64,000 nt of DNA from a virus: the IMG/VR virus record IMGVR_UViG_3300047319_000185, positions 48,631 through 112,630 of that record. The stretch is one strand, 5' to 3'. Positions 1 to 10,367 of this stretch are shown here, in pieces. The first letter of the stretch is position 1; each line of letters starts with the position of its first letter. A program made the position numbers and the translations under genes. A model generated the notes under the pieces. That model was not told the origin of the DNA and searched no databases. It saw only the letters and a list, made by a program, of their open reading frames with translations.

Positions 1-1
1 A

Positions 2-391
2 TACCTTTGTGTCATAGACGAATCTGTCCTTAAGGTAGTTAGCAGTATTGATATCCATCTTATTCAGACCCAGCTTCTTCAACTGGTCAAAGGATAATGT
101 GACATGCGCTCTGTCGTTGTAGTAGAAACCGTCTTCAGAATTATCGTTGTCTCCCTCAATATGGATAACATGGAGAGCTGGAACATTCATAGGACCAAAA
201 TAGATTCTACCCAAAGGAGAATCTGCTTCACCATAGACAGGATCAACACTGGACTGGTCGTAAGCAAATCTGAAATAGGCTACAGTATCTCCTGTCCATC
301 TCTGCCAATCACGAAGACCTCCATAGATAGAGGCAGTTTCAAAGTCGACAGAAAAGCGGCCACCCTTCCAGCCTGCTCGGTCAATCGCCAT
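2..391 (-). CDS. Putative neck/head-closure virion protein (partial, runs off window)
   Basis: Manually read ORF MAIDRAGWKGGRFSVDF..., open to the window edge, directly downstream of the adaptor-like gene. Confidence 0.6.
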   Translation of the reverse strand, partial: MAIDRAGWKGGRFSVDFETASIYGGLRDWQRWTGDTVAYFRFAYDQSSVDPVYGEADSPLGRIYFGPMNVPALHVIHIEGDNDNSEDGFYYNDRAHVTLSFDQLKKLGLNKMDINTANYLKDRFVYDTKV

Positions 392-424
392 ACTAGCTCT
401 CTTTCCATGGAGGTCTTCATTGGA

Positions 425-1249
425 CTACAATCCCCATAGGCCACCGAAGATAGGTGAACTTAGGTTGCTCTCGTCTTCTTCTCTTGCATCGATAGGAGGC
501 AACTGACGACGTGGCAATTCGTAATCGTCGTACTCTCTGTCCTCAAAGATAGGTACCAAACGATTGGTAGTTCTGGAAACTCTACGAATCTTGGACATCT
601 CTATTGCGTTTAGTCCTACGTTAAGCATAGCGCAAAGCTGGTTGTACCTTGCAGTCATACCATCGATCTGTTCACGGATCTGCTGGTATCTCTGACTACG
701 CGGAACAGTAGTTCCATCAGCGGAAGAGATATCGATATCGGTAGAAGCATCAGTAGCAAGTGCCCAAAGAGCATCAATGGATGCGCGGATAGCTACTAGA
801 GTTCCTTCAATCTCTGGGAGATTGGATAGATCCATTGGTACTCTGACGTACTTAAGGAATCCATTTGAATCCTTGTAGCGTGTCTTGGTTGTTCTACCAT
901 TGACGTGCTGAAGAGTCGCATCATTTATAAAATCTGTAAGCTCAGTATCGGAAAACATTCCACCAGCAAATCCTGATACTACAAGAGTATCTCCTTGAGG
1001 AAGTGGTGCTGAAGCTCCCTGTAGGAAGATGCGGCCTTCCTGACTATTGAAACTGTAGTCAGTATTGGCTACTAGAAGGATAGGTGCTTGATTATGAATC
1101 CATGTTACTGTCACGTTCCATACATTGAAATCTGTAAGATCATAGGTGGACACCATTCCCGTACCTAAGAAGGTATCTGAGAATGGTGCCCCTGTGTCCC
1201 CCAGCTCAGTGCGGACTCTACTGATAATGTCCTGAGTAGTGAAGCCCAT
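425..1249 (-). CDS. Putative head-to-tail adaptor/neck protein
   Basis: 274-aa ORF in the head operon; RVRTELGD and FSDTELTDFI segments are typical of neck/adaptor proteins. Confidence 0.6.
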   Translation of the reverse strand: MGFTTQDIISRVRTELGDTGAPFSDTFLGTGMVSTYDLTDFNVWNVTVTWIHNQAPILLVANTDYSFNSQEGRIFLQGASAPLPQGDTLVVSGFAGGMFSDTELTDFINDATLQHVNGRTTKTRYKDSNGFLKYVRVPMDLSNLPEIEGTLVAIRASIDALWALATDASTDIDISSADGTTVPRSQRYQQIREQIDGMTARYNQLCAMLNVGLNAIEMSKIRRVSRTTNRLVPIFEDREYDDYELPRRQLPPIDAREEDESNLSSPIFGGLWGL

Positions 1250-1262
1250 AGCTGGAACCTAC

Positions 1263-1715
1263 TTACTGTTGTGTGAGTGTGATATTAGCTATTGGAATAG
1301 TAATAGATTGATTCTGTGGAGCCAGCACTGGTATATCCCACTGCCAAGTAGCAATAACTTCCCCAGAAGTTCCGGATACAACATTGACCAGTGCCCCAAA
1401 TGTTGTAGTAGTTCCAGAGCCAGCAGCTCCTGTAAAGGGTCCGAATGTCAGAAGATTAGAATTCTGAATCTGACTGGTTCCATTATTAGGTGTAGATGCT
1501 GCTGTAAATGTAGCGACCTGTCGTGCATAACCTGTAGCCGCAAGTTCAGTAAGTTCTGATAGCTGCGGATTAGTTGGAACTGCTGAAGTAGTCGTAGGAT
1601 CTGCGGTCAGTAGCATAACGTATGCAGTTGTCGGAGGAGTCCAACCACCTAGTGAAGTACCTGTAATCCAGTCCAGCATGGCACGGTCTGTTGTGTCGGT
1701 GAAATTACCTGACAT
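1263..1715 (-). CDS. Virion structural protein (beta-rich)
   Basis: Thr/Gly-rich 150 aa with a GYARQ motif common in phage structural proteins. Confidence 0.55.
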   Translation of the reverse strand: MSGNFTDTTDRAMLDWITGTSLGGWTPPTTAYVMLLTADPTTTSAVPTNPQLSELTELAATGYARQVATFTAASTPNNGTSQIQNSNLLTFGPFTGAAGSGTTTTFGALVNVVSGTSGEVIATWQWDIPVLAPQNQSITIPIANITLTQQ

Positions 1716-1750
1716 ATTGACTTCCTATTTTGTCGAGACAAAAGCTTGTC

Positions 1751-2143
1751 TTAGCGGTAGCCACCGGTCCATAGGAGGCCCTTACTGTCTAGGTGTCTCG
1801 CCAAATCCAGCGGCACCGTATACTTGCGGCCCTCTTCAAAGTTATAGTGCTGTCCGGCACCAAAGGTTACAGACTCAAGAGTAGTATTCGGGATGATCGT
1901 ACGAGTCGGGGTTTCCAGCTCAATCTCTTCATCTCTTTGGTAAAGCTCATCCTCTACTACACGGGTAAGGGGACCATCTGAATAATCAATAGGAACTGCG
2001 TTCTCCTCGGCTTCAACCTCAGCCATCATAGAAATTTCCTGTGATCTCTTCTTGAGTTCAGCCTGGTTTTCCTTCTGAAGACGCTCAGTCTCAATACCTG
2101 TCAAGTCTCCTGCACGCTTACGTGGTGGCATTCTATTCTCCAA
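1751..2143 (-). CDS. Hypothetical head-module protein
   Basis: ORF in the structural operon; likely start at MPPRK after GGAG RBS. Confidence 0.6.
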   Translation of the reverse strand: MENRMPPRKRAGDLTGIETERLQKENQAELKKRSQEISMMAEVEAEENAVPIDYSDGPLTRVVEDELYQRDEEIELETPTRTIIPNTTLESVTFGAGQHYNFEEGRKYTVPLDLARHLDSKGLLWTGGYR

Positions 2144-2260
2144 TTTAGTTTCTCAGTTAGTAGGATCTCTGATCCGTTATCTATATTGTAACGCTTTTGA
2201 TATGGGGTTTAGGGTTGGTACAGCTTTTGAGGACACTAGACACACTATGGGGACTGTGCT

Positions 2261-2599
2261 ATGATGATCTTATCATCCACTTCAACGAAAGGCTTTACTG
2301 TGAAGAACATTCTGCACTTCGACCTTAACGAGACTAAGTCTGCCAAGATTCTAGCAAACCAGGAAAACATCTGCCTAGTCTGCCAGCTACCTTTTGGCAA
2401 GGAGCACCCTAAGTATGACGTGTTTGCTCCTGCTGATGAGAACCACGGTTTTGAACCCTGCATGACTCAGGTCACTCTAAACTCTCCCTTGGGTATGCAC
2501 TTTATCCATATAGATTGTGATCTGGGAATGTACCTATTCGACTATAGTGCTGAGCTTATGCAGAGGGCCTATGCTTATGTCACTAAGGAGAATAATTAG
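2261..2599 (+). CDS. Degenerate endonuclease VII-like protein
   Basis: QENICLVCQ...HIDCDLGM resembles the EndoVII Zn scaffold; opposite strand to the operon. Confidence 0.45.
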   Translation: MMILSSTSTKGFTVKNILHFDLNETKSAKILANQENICLVCQLPFGKEHPKYDVFAPADENHGFEPCMTQVTLNSPLGMHFIHIDCDLGMYLFDYSAELMQRAYAYVTKENN

Positions 2600-2603
2600 G
2601 CTA

Positions 2604-3377
2604 ATGGCTACCATTGAATGTTCAGTCGATGAGTGTATGACTAAGGTGCACTCAAAGGGTCTGTGTCAGAAGCACTATCGCAGGTTTAACCGGAATGGTA
2701 ATACTGATCTCCAGGGTACTCCTGAGATTAGCTGGGAGCTGATTCGTGCTAAGAGTGTTCAGTATAACGATTGTATTATCTGGCAGGGTTCTACTGATAA
2801 GGACGGATATCCTCGGGCTTACTCCCCTGCCCTTTATAAGGCAGGAAGCACCAATCCACTAATATATATTCGACGCTGGATTATGGAACAGCTAGGGGAG
2901 GATATAAAGTCTAATATTATAGAGAGTTCCTGCGGAGATAAGCTCTGTCTATCAAAGAAGCACCTTCAGAAGTCTACAGTTTCTGAAGGTCTATGGACTG
3001 CCGCAGGAATAAACTCTCGTAAAGAGTTCTGTCCTAGCGGCCACCCTATAGATTCAGAAACTAAGGACGGTAAGCGATACTGCCGAATTTGCACTAAGGG
3101 ATATCAGCTTAAGTATCTTTACGGAATTAATCTTGATGAGTATAACCAAATGCTTGTTGATCAGGATAATAAGTGTGTTGGTTGCGAGAAAACCTTTGGT
3201 CGTATTCCTGGGCCCTGGGGAGATCGTACAGAAGCATTTGTGGACCATTGTCATTACTCAGGGCTAGTTAGAGCGCTTCTCTGTATGAAGTGTAATAGTA
3301 TCCTAGGATTCGCTAAGGATAGTATAGCTACCCTTAAAAATCTTATTAAGCTATTAGAAGCTAATACTGTAGATTAA
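2604..3377 (+). CDS. Free-standing homing endonuclease (HNH-like + endonuclease VII domain)
   Basis: CSVDEC..LCQKHY Zn finger, CIIWQG, CPSGH..CRIC, and C-terminal QDNKCVGC...VDHCH..GLVRALLCMKCN EndoVII motif. Confidence 0.85.
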   Translation: MATIECSVDECMTKVHSKGLCQKHYRRFNRNGNTDLQGTPEISWELIRAKSVQYNDCIIWQGSTDKDGYPRAYSPALYKAGSTNPLIYIRRWIMEQLGEDIKSNIIESSCGDKLCLSKKHLQKSTVSEGLWTAAGINSRKEFCPSGHPIDSETKDGKRYCRICTKGYQLKYLYGINLDEYNQMLVDQDNKCVGCEKTFGRIPGPWGDRTEAFVDHCHYSGLVRALLCMKCNSILGFAKDSIATLKNLIKLLEANTVD

Positions 3378-3378
3378 A

Positions 3379-3421
3379 TAATACCCTTCCTTTCTATAAA
3401 CTCTAGAAAGGAAGGGTATTT
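3379..3421. terminator. Bidirectional intrinsic terminator
   Basis: AATACCCTTCCTTTCTA / TAGAAAGGAAGGGTATT inverted repeat between convergent genes. Confidence 0.75.
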
Positions 3422-3441
3422 CTTTATGCTAAACTATGGTA

Positions 3442-4473
3442 TTAGTTAGTTGATGCAATTACTACGGAAATGTCTGTGATTAATCCCAATCCCCATATAG
3501 CATACCAAGCAAGTGCGTGCTCTCTTCCAAAATCTAGGATACCGCCATCGCGCAATTCAACAGGTAGAGAAATAGCGTGTCCGAATGCATTGTCTCCAAT
3601 GAAGATGGAATCATAACGGTTAGTTGCACCATTACCAGTTGTTACACCATTAGTTGTGGTATCAGTTGTCCAACCTGCTCCAGCTCCACCTACAACATTA
3701 CGAACCTGAGTAGTCTCGATAAACACTACGTCGTTGAGTCTACCTATCTCACCTAACATGAAATTACCTGGGGCAGCATACTTAGTCATTTCAATAAACT
3801 GTGGGTCATTTCTTAGCCAACGTGACTGGTGTGGGTGTACGAAACATACATATGTCTCACCAAGTCTTGGAACATTCTTTGTAGCCAAAGTTTCTACAGC
3901 GTCGAATACAACCTGGGAAGTAAGGTTGAAGTCACCAGTCATAGATACATTGGATGTTCCAGGAGTTCCTACATTGTAGAATACCTGGTTGTTGATTGCG
4001 CCAGAATCCTTCTGGTATCCGAATAGCTGAGAGGATGCCTGTAGAAGAGTGTTTCTTGCGGAGATGTCTAGGTAGGTAGCCATGTTACGACCTAGTAGAC
4101 GAGAAGCAGAAGCCATAACATCATCGAAGGATGCGTTAAGTAGAAGCTCGGAAACAGCAACAGCGAATCCCTGTTCTGCAACAGTAATAGAGAACTGAGA
4201 AGCTGTTAGTGGAGCAGTCTGCATACGAATACCTTCAACAAGCTGGGAAGCCTGTCCAAGGTTGTTGTATCTCATGAAATTAATTGTAAGACCAGGTGTA
4301 ACACCTAGCTCTGTCTTCTTTACTGCGAATTGCTCGAAACGCAGAATAGGCATTGCCTGGAATAGAATTTCTTTTGACCAGATGGTCTGAATTGCTGGGG
4401 AAAGAGCAGAGCTACTTCCATAGGAGGTTGGGGCTCCGGAAATATTCGGTGTGCCCGTAATTGCTGAGGCCAT
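3442..4473 (-). CDS. Major capsid protein (N4-gp56-like family)
   Basis: 343 aa with YVCFVHP, GEIGRLNDVVFIET and DFGREHALAWY motifs; follows portal and scaffold. Confidence 0.9.
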   Translation of the reverse strand: MASAITGTPNISGAPTSYGSSSALSPAIQTIWSKEILFQAMPILRFEQFAVKKTELGVTPGLTINFMRYNNLGQASQLVEGIRMQTAPLTASQFSITVAEQGFAVAVSELLLNASFDDVMASASRLLGRNMATYLDISARNTLLQASSQLFGYQKDSGAINNQVFYNVGTPGTSNVSMTGDFNLTSQVVFDAVETLATKNVPRLGETYVCFVHPHQSRWLRNDPQFIEMTKYAAPGNFMLGEIGRLNDVVFIETTQVRNVVGGAGAGWTTDTTTNGVTTGNGATNRYDSIFIGDNAFGHAISLPVELRDGGILDFGREHALAWYAIWGLGLITDISVVIASTN

Positions 4474-4530
4474 ATTTAGTCCTTATCGATTATATGGGTT
4501 CGGGCACTAGCCGTACCCAGTGTATTTAAC

Positions 4531-5343
4531 TTATCCAAAGAGGCCACGGTTAAGAGATGCATCCTTACCGGCCAGTCCAGATTCTTGACGGAACTTTGCA
4601 TACTCAGCCATAGACATGTTGTTTATATCCTGTGGTGTGTACGTCTTTGATCCCATAGATCCTTCAATTGGACCTAGTGGAGGATAACCTGTAGTAGATA
4701 CACCTCTTGGTTGTGCTACCTGCTGTTGTCTTGCCGCAGCCACTTCATCAACAATGGACTGAGTAGCAGCCTTTGCTTGTGCTATAGCGTTGTCAATCTG
4801 TTCCTTAGTCTCACCGGTAATGAAGTTATGGAACTGCGGAGCAATGTCTTCAGCATTTGCAGTAATAGCAGATGTTCTATAGTCTACAAGTTCATTATAT
4901 GCTCTTTCCTTGGCAAGAAGTGCACGCTCATTGTCACGCTCTTGTTGGAGTGTGCTAAAGCGATTCTCCCAAGTATCATTAGTCTCCTTCAGCTTGGCTT
5001 CAAGAAGCTGCTTTGCAGACATCTCTTCTTCCTTCTTAGCCTGAAGTGCTGAGTCCTTTTCCTGCTGCTTACGCGCGACTTCTGCAAGTTCCTGCGCTCT
5101 CTGCTCCTCAATGGTCTTAAGGGACTTCTGAGCTTCTGCCCACTGGTCCTTCAAAGACTTGATATCAGAGTAGAGCTTGTCCTTCTCTTCCTGTCTTACT
5201 CTTGCTAGGTCTGCTTCAGTGAATGTACGTTCACCTGTAGCTCCGTGTGCAAAAGAAGATGGGGAAGGGTTTGGACTCTGCGCACCATTATCGCTTGGAG
5301 ACTCAATTGTTGCCGCCAAACCTGGCTGTACTGGAACTGTCAT
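4531..5343 (-). CDS. Capsid scaffolding protein
   Basis: Coiled-coil; TFTEADL..RQEEK and C-terminal MSMAEYAKFR; lies between portal and capsid. Confidence 0.8.
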   Translation of the reverse strand: MTVPVQPGLAATIESPSDNGAQSPNPSPSSFAHGATGERTFTEADLARVRQEEKDKLYSDIKSLKDQWAEAQKSLKTIEEQRAQELAEVARKQQEKDSALQAKKEEEMSAKQLLEAKLKETNDTWENRFSTLQQERDNERALLAKERAYNELVDYRTSAITANAEDIAPQFHNFITGETKEQIDNAIAQAKAATQSIVDEVAAARQQQVAQPRGVSTTGYPPLGPIEGSMGSKTYTPQDINNMSMAEYAKFRQESGLAGKDASLNRGLFG

Positions 5344-5412
5344 TTTTCTATCTCCTGAGTTTTAACTAGCCGTTTTCCGAATATGTCCCGAATTAATGTA
5401 CTTAACGTTATT

Positions 5413-7131
5413 CTAATTGTCGTCTGTAGGTAGCTGGCGTGAACCTAGCTTAGTACCGTATGCGTTGTTAACCATCTCTCTTAGAGCATTCATGGAACCT
5501 GCTCCATCCAAAGCCTGTAGATTAGGAGTCTGATCAATCTTATCCGGACCATTATCTGTTGGCTTAGGGTTTCCTTCTGCATCTGTAGCAGGAACTGCAT
5601 TAGGATCTGCAACAGACCCGTCTTCAGTTGGTAGAAGACCAGTAGACCCGAGAGCGATAGCATCTATCTGTGTTCTCAGCATACGTAGTGCACCATCACG
5701 AATTGCATCTTCATGTAGCTCATCATAGATTTCCTGAAGCTTGTCATCTGGGAACTGTTCTCCCAATTCCTTCAGTGCTCCTCTACGACTTTCAAGATCC
5801 ATGTTCATCATGGCTGCGATCTCATTCAGCTTTACAAGCTTGTCGATTGGAAGTGGTGAAGGCCAATCGATATCACTGAAGTAGACCAGTGGATCATTAG
5901 GATCAATCATCAATGGCTGACCCTCTTGTATAATCCCCTCTGTATCAGGATTATAAAGTAATGCTTCAGGCTCAAAAATGAATAGAGTTCTAAGAGCTAA
6001 CTCATTTATCTTTTGTAGTCCCTTACCATATTGTATCTTCTTTAGGTCAAACTTTTGCATTAGTGGCAAAAACTGCATTGCAAGAGCTACACCAGAAGTA
6101 TTTGAAATAGCCTGTGACTGTCCAAGAGCAGACTCTGGAACACCTGTCATCTCATGCATACCAATCTTGAGGGTATGCAAAACTTCAAGTGGCCACTGTA
6201 GATCCACACCATTTTCAAGGTTATGGATATCTACGTCCTTGCTACCAATAGACCAAACACGGTTGGTACCCTTCTCAAGTTGACTTGGCTTTGCGCCAAT
6301 AACAACTGTGATAGGAGCTGCATGATAGTTTACGATATCAGCAATGTCAGTAGCAGTTTCATTGTACTGACGGTTGAGAGTAATAATGTCCTGTACATCG
6401 CTCATTCCCCAAGGGGAACCTGATGCAGGATGATTGGCGATATGCACGATAGGAATAACACCTAGTGCATTTGGACGCTCATCAATAAGCTCATCATTTA
6501 CATACTCACGAATGACATCAGAACGAATCAATTCAGTATAAGTATATACGCTTCTTGTACCTTCTGTGTTTGTTCCCCAGAAACGGTACTTAAGTTTGAA
6601 CTCCAGAAGTCTGTCACGGTCGTGTGGATGCCAGGTTGGAAAGCAGTAGGCAGAGTTAAGGGGAAGGATACGGACTCTTCCAGGATGGAAGTTACCAGCA
6701 TCATCAGTCCACTCTGATTCGTAGGCTACCTTCAAAAAACAGTCTCCAGAGACACCGCCCTGTTGACCCATCTCCCAGGTAACGGCCTTCATATTATTAT
6801 CCTGCTGCCAAATTCTCTTCAGCAGAGCGGGAATAATGTGGTCATATTCCTTGATGGTATCAAAGGCGATGCCTCTGGAGAAACAGAAGTTATTTATATA
6901 GTCAGCGAATGACTTGATGTAATTGAAAGTAAGTTGAGGATCACCGAATTCACGTCTGGTTCCCCAGTGGTGTCCTAGATACCAAGCCCAGTACTCTGCA
7001 TATCTATTGAGTCTTGGCCCATGCATTTCAAATTCTTCATCGGAAAGCTCTACTAAACCTAGTGGTGATATTGCTATCGCTAGGTCTGATGCTGCTGCTC
7101 TCATTGACGGAGAAGCGAAACTCATTGACAT
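5413..7131 (-). CDS. Portal protein
   Basis: 572 aa; NALGVIPIVH, WGMSDVQDI and SGVAL motifs of SPP1-like portals. Confidence 0.9.
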   Translation of the reverse strand: MSMSFASPSMRAAASDLAIAISPLGLVELSDEEFEMHGPRLNRYAEYWAWYLGHHWGTRREFGDPQLTFNYIKSFADYINNFCFSRGIAFDTIKEYDHIIPALLKRIWQQDNNMKAVTWEMGQQGGVSGDCFLKVAYESEWTDDAGNFHPGRVRILPLNSAYCFPTWHPHDRDRLLEFKLKYRFWGTNTEGTRSVYTYTELIRSDVIREYVNDELIDERPNALGVIPIVHIANHPASGSPWGMSDVQDIITLNRQYNETATDIADIVNYHAAPITVVIGAKPSQLEKGTNRVWSIGSKDVDIHNLENGVDLQWPLEVLHTLKIGMHEMTGVPESALGQSQAISNTSGVALAMQFLPLMQKFDLKKIQYGKGLQKINELALRTLFIFEPEALLYNPDTEGIIQEGQPLMIDPNDPLVYFSDIDWPSPLPIDKLVKLNEIAAMMNMDLESRRGALKELGEQFPDDKLQEIYDELHEDAIRDGALRMLRTQIDAIALGSTGLLPTEDGSVADPNAVPATDAEGNPKPTDNGPDKIDQTPNLQALDGAGSMNALREMVNNAYGTKLGSRQLPTDDN

Positions 7132-7197
7132 GGGCTATTCTCAATTCTTCGAATTAGTATCTCTTGATCTACAGATTACCACATATTACTTAAGAGA

Positions 7198-9438
7198 TTA
7201 TGCGGTATCAAATCTACCTGCTATTAAAATTGCTCCTTGTGAAGTGTTATTTAGAGAAGTAGCTGCCTTAGTAGCAGCAATATATCCAAGAAGACAAGCC
7301 TGACTTCCAATTAGATCCGGATTGGGTGTAAAAATTTCCTGACCAAATGCAGCAGTAGCCAGCGCTAGGGAACCGTAATCCACCTGCCCGTACTGAATAA
7401 CAATCTGAGACCCTGAGACTCCTGTAGGAACTTGCCATATTCTATGTATAGCAGCATGACCATTAGCGCTTAGTGCAGTAATAGTTCCGGCATTATCATA
7501 GTTAGCAACATCAATAGTTGTTCTAGTTGCTGATTGAGATGAAGAGTTCTGAGTCACGTATCTAAAAGTGGCTACAGTTTCAGCAGGATTGGTTACTAGA
7601 TTGGGAACAACGGTTCCACCTGTAGCAAAGTTTCGTCCTACAGCTACCTGAGTACCGGCTGCCTTATTAATATTTAGGTTAGCCCCATTGAAAGTAATCT
7701 GATTACCAGATACTGAGAAAGATCCTAAGTTAATAAATAAGCCAAATAGAGTGTCAGTAGAGTAGTCCAGAACTATTGGTGCACACATAATATTGTATAA
7801 GTTTCCAGTACCTGTAGCAGACCAAGTCACTCCTAGTTGCACATTAGATCTACGCTGGGAACCACTCAAAGCTGTAGTCTGAGAATGTATAACGCCACTG
7901 CTATCTGCATACCAATAGTTAACAACTTGTGGAGTCTGCAAACCACTAAGTGTAATGGTCTGAGCACTTATATTAACAAGTGTCACAGCTGGATTAGCCG
8001 GATCTGTTGTGTAGTCAGCGATATAACCAACGGCGGCAGTAATATCAAACGCATTAAGAATACCGCCATTCTGCGTCATTACTCCACCACTTATAGTTCC
8101 ACTACTAACAGTGACTGGGCGAATACCCCATGCCGCTGCTGATCCGGAAGAGGCTACTATACTCTTGCCAAAATTAGCTGTGCTAGAAACTGCTACACCA
8201 GTTATCTTGGATACGGTTGGATTAGGATATGTACCTGTTAAATCTCCCCCAGCACTTCCTGTTGGAGGAAGAACAGTAGGCAACTGACCAAATGCCATAG
8301 CGTCTGTAGCTAGTGTTGCATTAGCCAGAGATGTAATCTTATGGCTGTTCATAGATACGTTTGCTGCTGGTGCACTTACCAGATCAAGAGTAGGCATAGC
8401 ATGGACGTGACCAGCATCAGCTACTTGTCCAACTGCTCCTGCTGCTTGGGTTCCTAAAGGCGCTATATTGCCCGCTGTGACGTTTACATTGTCTTGGGCA
8501 GCAGAACCTAGCCCTAGGGCTGTACGGGCCGCAGATGACGTTGTAGAGGCTGTTCCACCCTGGTTAAGAGGAAGGGGTGAAGCAAGGTGAGTGCCTACTA
8601 CAGTAGGAAGCACATTAGTACCTGCTAAGTCTCCAGCAAGTTCAATAGTTCCTGTAGTAGAAGTAGTAGCCCCAGGAAGATTACTTGGATCAACAGGTAT
8701 TTCCAAACTTATAGTATTACCTACTTGGCGTAGGCCTAGACCTATATTTACCAGACCAGGAGAAGAAAACTGAGTCCAGCTAATAGCAGTGGTTCCTACT
8801 GTATACGGTGGAGTTCCTACTACTACCCAGCCTGATCCTTTATTAGCTGTTCCATTGTTGATAAACGCTGCTGCTGCATTAACTTCAGCAGACTGATCCA
8901 TATCAGTTGCACGAGTAAGAATATAAGGAATACCAACGGTTCCCAAAGTTGTCAGGGTGTAGATACCATTATTGGCTGAGGCCACTTCATTCTTTACCAT
9001 AACTCGATCGTTAAGAAGAACGGTATAGCCATCAATAACAAGAACGCCAACAGCAGTAGCTGTAAGAGTAGCTCCTACACCTAGTGTTCCGTTGACATAC
9101 ACATTAGTAGGCAGAGCTGAAAGCGTGCCTACTGCCACAGAATTCTTTACGGAGATACCTGCGGAGATACCATCAGCATATCCCTTGGAGGCAGCATCTA
9201 CTCCACTGATAGGAGAAGGTACGATGATTCGATCAGTAAAAGTCTTGGCTCCCGCAATATTCTGGTTAGTAGTAAGGTCCACATAGTTCTGGGTAATACT
9301 TCCAGTGCCTCCCTGGACAACAGGAAGAGGTGCACTTAGACTTGTGCTTTGTACTAATGGGTTGGGATAAGCTCCCATAAGGTCCCCACTGGCAGAGCCT
9401 GTAGGAGCACCTCCCCCGAAGCTTCCTCTAGATGCCAT
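7198..9438 (-). CDS. Gly/Thr/Ala-rich fibre-like virion protein
   Basis: 746 aa; GDLxGxYPNP repeats and DRVMVKNE..NGIY..LTRATD fibre motif. Confidence 0.7.
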   Translation of the reverse strand: MASRGSFGGGAPTGSASGDLMGAYPNPLVQSTSLSAPLPVVQGGTGSITQNYVDLTTNQNIAGAKTFTDRIIVPSPISGVDAASKGYADGISAGISVKNSVAVGTLSALPTNVYVNGTLGVGATLTATAVGVLVIDGYTVLLNDRVMVKNEVASANNGIYTLTTLGTVGIPYILTRATDMDQSAEVNAAAAFINNGTANKGSGWVVVGTPPYTVGTTAISWTQFSSPGLVNIGLGLRQVGNTISLEIPVDPSNLPGATTSTTGTIELAGDLAGTNVLPTVVGTHLASPLPLNQGGTASTTSSAARTALGLGSAAQDNVNVTAGNIAPLGTQAAGAVGQVADAGHVHAMPTLDLVSAPAANVSMNSHKITSLANATLATDAMAFGQLPTVLPPTGSAGGDLTGTYPNPTVSKITGVAVSSTANFGKSIVASSGSAAAWGIRPVTVSSGTISGGVMTQNGGILNAFDITAAVGYIADYTTDPANPAVTLVNISAQTITLSGLQTPQVVNYWYADSSGVIHSQTTALSGSQRRSNVQLGVTWSATGTGNLYNIMCAPIVLDYSTDTLFGLFINLGSFSVSGNQITFNGANLNINKAAGTQVAVGRNFATGGTVVPNLVTNPAETVATFRYVTQNSSSQSATRTTIDVANYDNAGTITALSANGHAAIHRIWQVPTGVSGSQIVIQYGQVDYGSLALATAAFGQEIFTPNPDLIGSQACLLGYIAATKAATSLNNTSQGAILIAGRFDTA

Positions 9439-9737
9439 TAGACACCAGCTTGTACAGTGAACGCAGCATTTGCAGCAGTAATGATCTTTACTACTGTATT
9501 GGATGTTGTAGCTATTGCTGGCTCTGGTGGAAGCTTAGGATTTACAGCATCAAGAAAACTCTGTGTAGGTACGAAGAAACATTCGTCTCCAGCAATAGTA
9601 GGGTCTACTCCGTCAAAACGGACCCACATATCTCCAGAACTTCTGTTAATAACTTCTATGTTGTGATACCAGTTGGCAAATGTAACTGTTGTTACTGCTG
9701 CACCTACTGTAGTACCGCTTGTAATATGAATAGCCAT
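9438..9737 (-). CDS. Small beta-rich virion/decoration protein
   Basis: WVRFDGVDP motif; paralog of 9804-10127. Confidence 0.6.
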   Translation of the reverse strand: MAIHITSGTTVGAAVTTVTFANWYHNIEVINRSSGDMWVRFDGVDPTIAGDECFFVPTQSFLDAVNPKLPPEPAIATTSNTVVKIITAANAAFTVQAGV

Positions 9738-9803
9738 TTGGCTCTCCCAGTATTTGAGGGATGGGTGAGGAGAGTCCGGGTAGTAGTATGGAGATATTAC
9801 TTA

Positions 9804-10127
9804 TTATGATGCGTATACAGTGAAAGGAATCGCTGTATCTGAGATTAGAAGAACGGATGTTCCGTTGACACTTCTGGTAATAGGTTCCTGGGACAGTATT
9901 CCATTAGGGAAGGTAACAGCCTGCCCAGGAAGAACAGGATAGTTGTCGTCAGAGTTACTTGGTGTCAGTGAAGCAAAGACAACTGGAGCTATACCGTCAG
10001 TTCTCAACCAGATAGTTCCAGTAGTTCCTCTGTGAATAACAGTGATATTGGCAAAGTACTGAGGAAAATTGACAGGATAAACCGTGTTAATTGTCAGAGT
10101 ATCTGAATGTGCTCTACTTGCAGCCAT
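9804..10127 (-). CDS. Small beta-rich virion/decoration protein
   Basis: WLRTDGIAP motif; paralog of 9438-9737. Confidence 0.6.
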   Translation of the reverse strand: MAASRAHSDTLTINTVYPVNFPQYFANITVIHRGTTGTIWLRTDGIAPVVFASLTPSNSDDNYPVLPGQAVTFPNGILSQEPITRSVNGTSVLLISDTAIPFTVYAS

Positions 10128-10134
10128 TGGTTTC

Positions 10135-10359
10135 CTATCTCATATTTACCACAGAAGTGGTTTGGTCTACTGGATACTTTACTTGCACATCACTTCTAGA
10201 AGGTAACTCTCCTCCGCTGTACCCAAGTCTGTTTAGTAACTGGTTCCGCTCTTGAATATCGGCAGAGTTCTGACCGGGAATAGGAGTGAGCATATAGTCA
10301 CCACGATTCCCGGTCAGTTCTGAGTAAGCGTCGGTACGTCTGTCACGAAATACCGTCAT
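10135..10359 (-). CDS. Hypothetical protein
   Basis: 74-aa ORF with AGGA RBS, in operon. Confidence 0.6.
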   Translation of the reverse strand: MTVFRDRRTDAYSELTGNRGDYMLTPIPGQNSADIQERNQLLNRLGYSGGELPSRSDVQVKYPVDQTTSVVNMR

Positions 10360-10367
10360 GTTAATCC

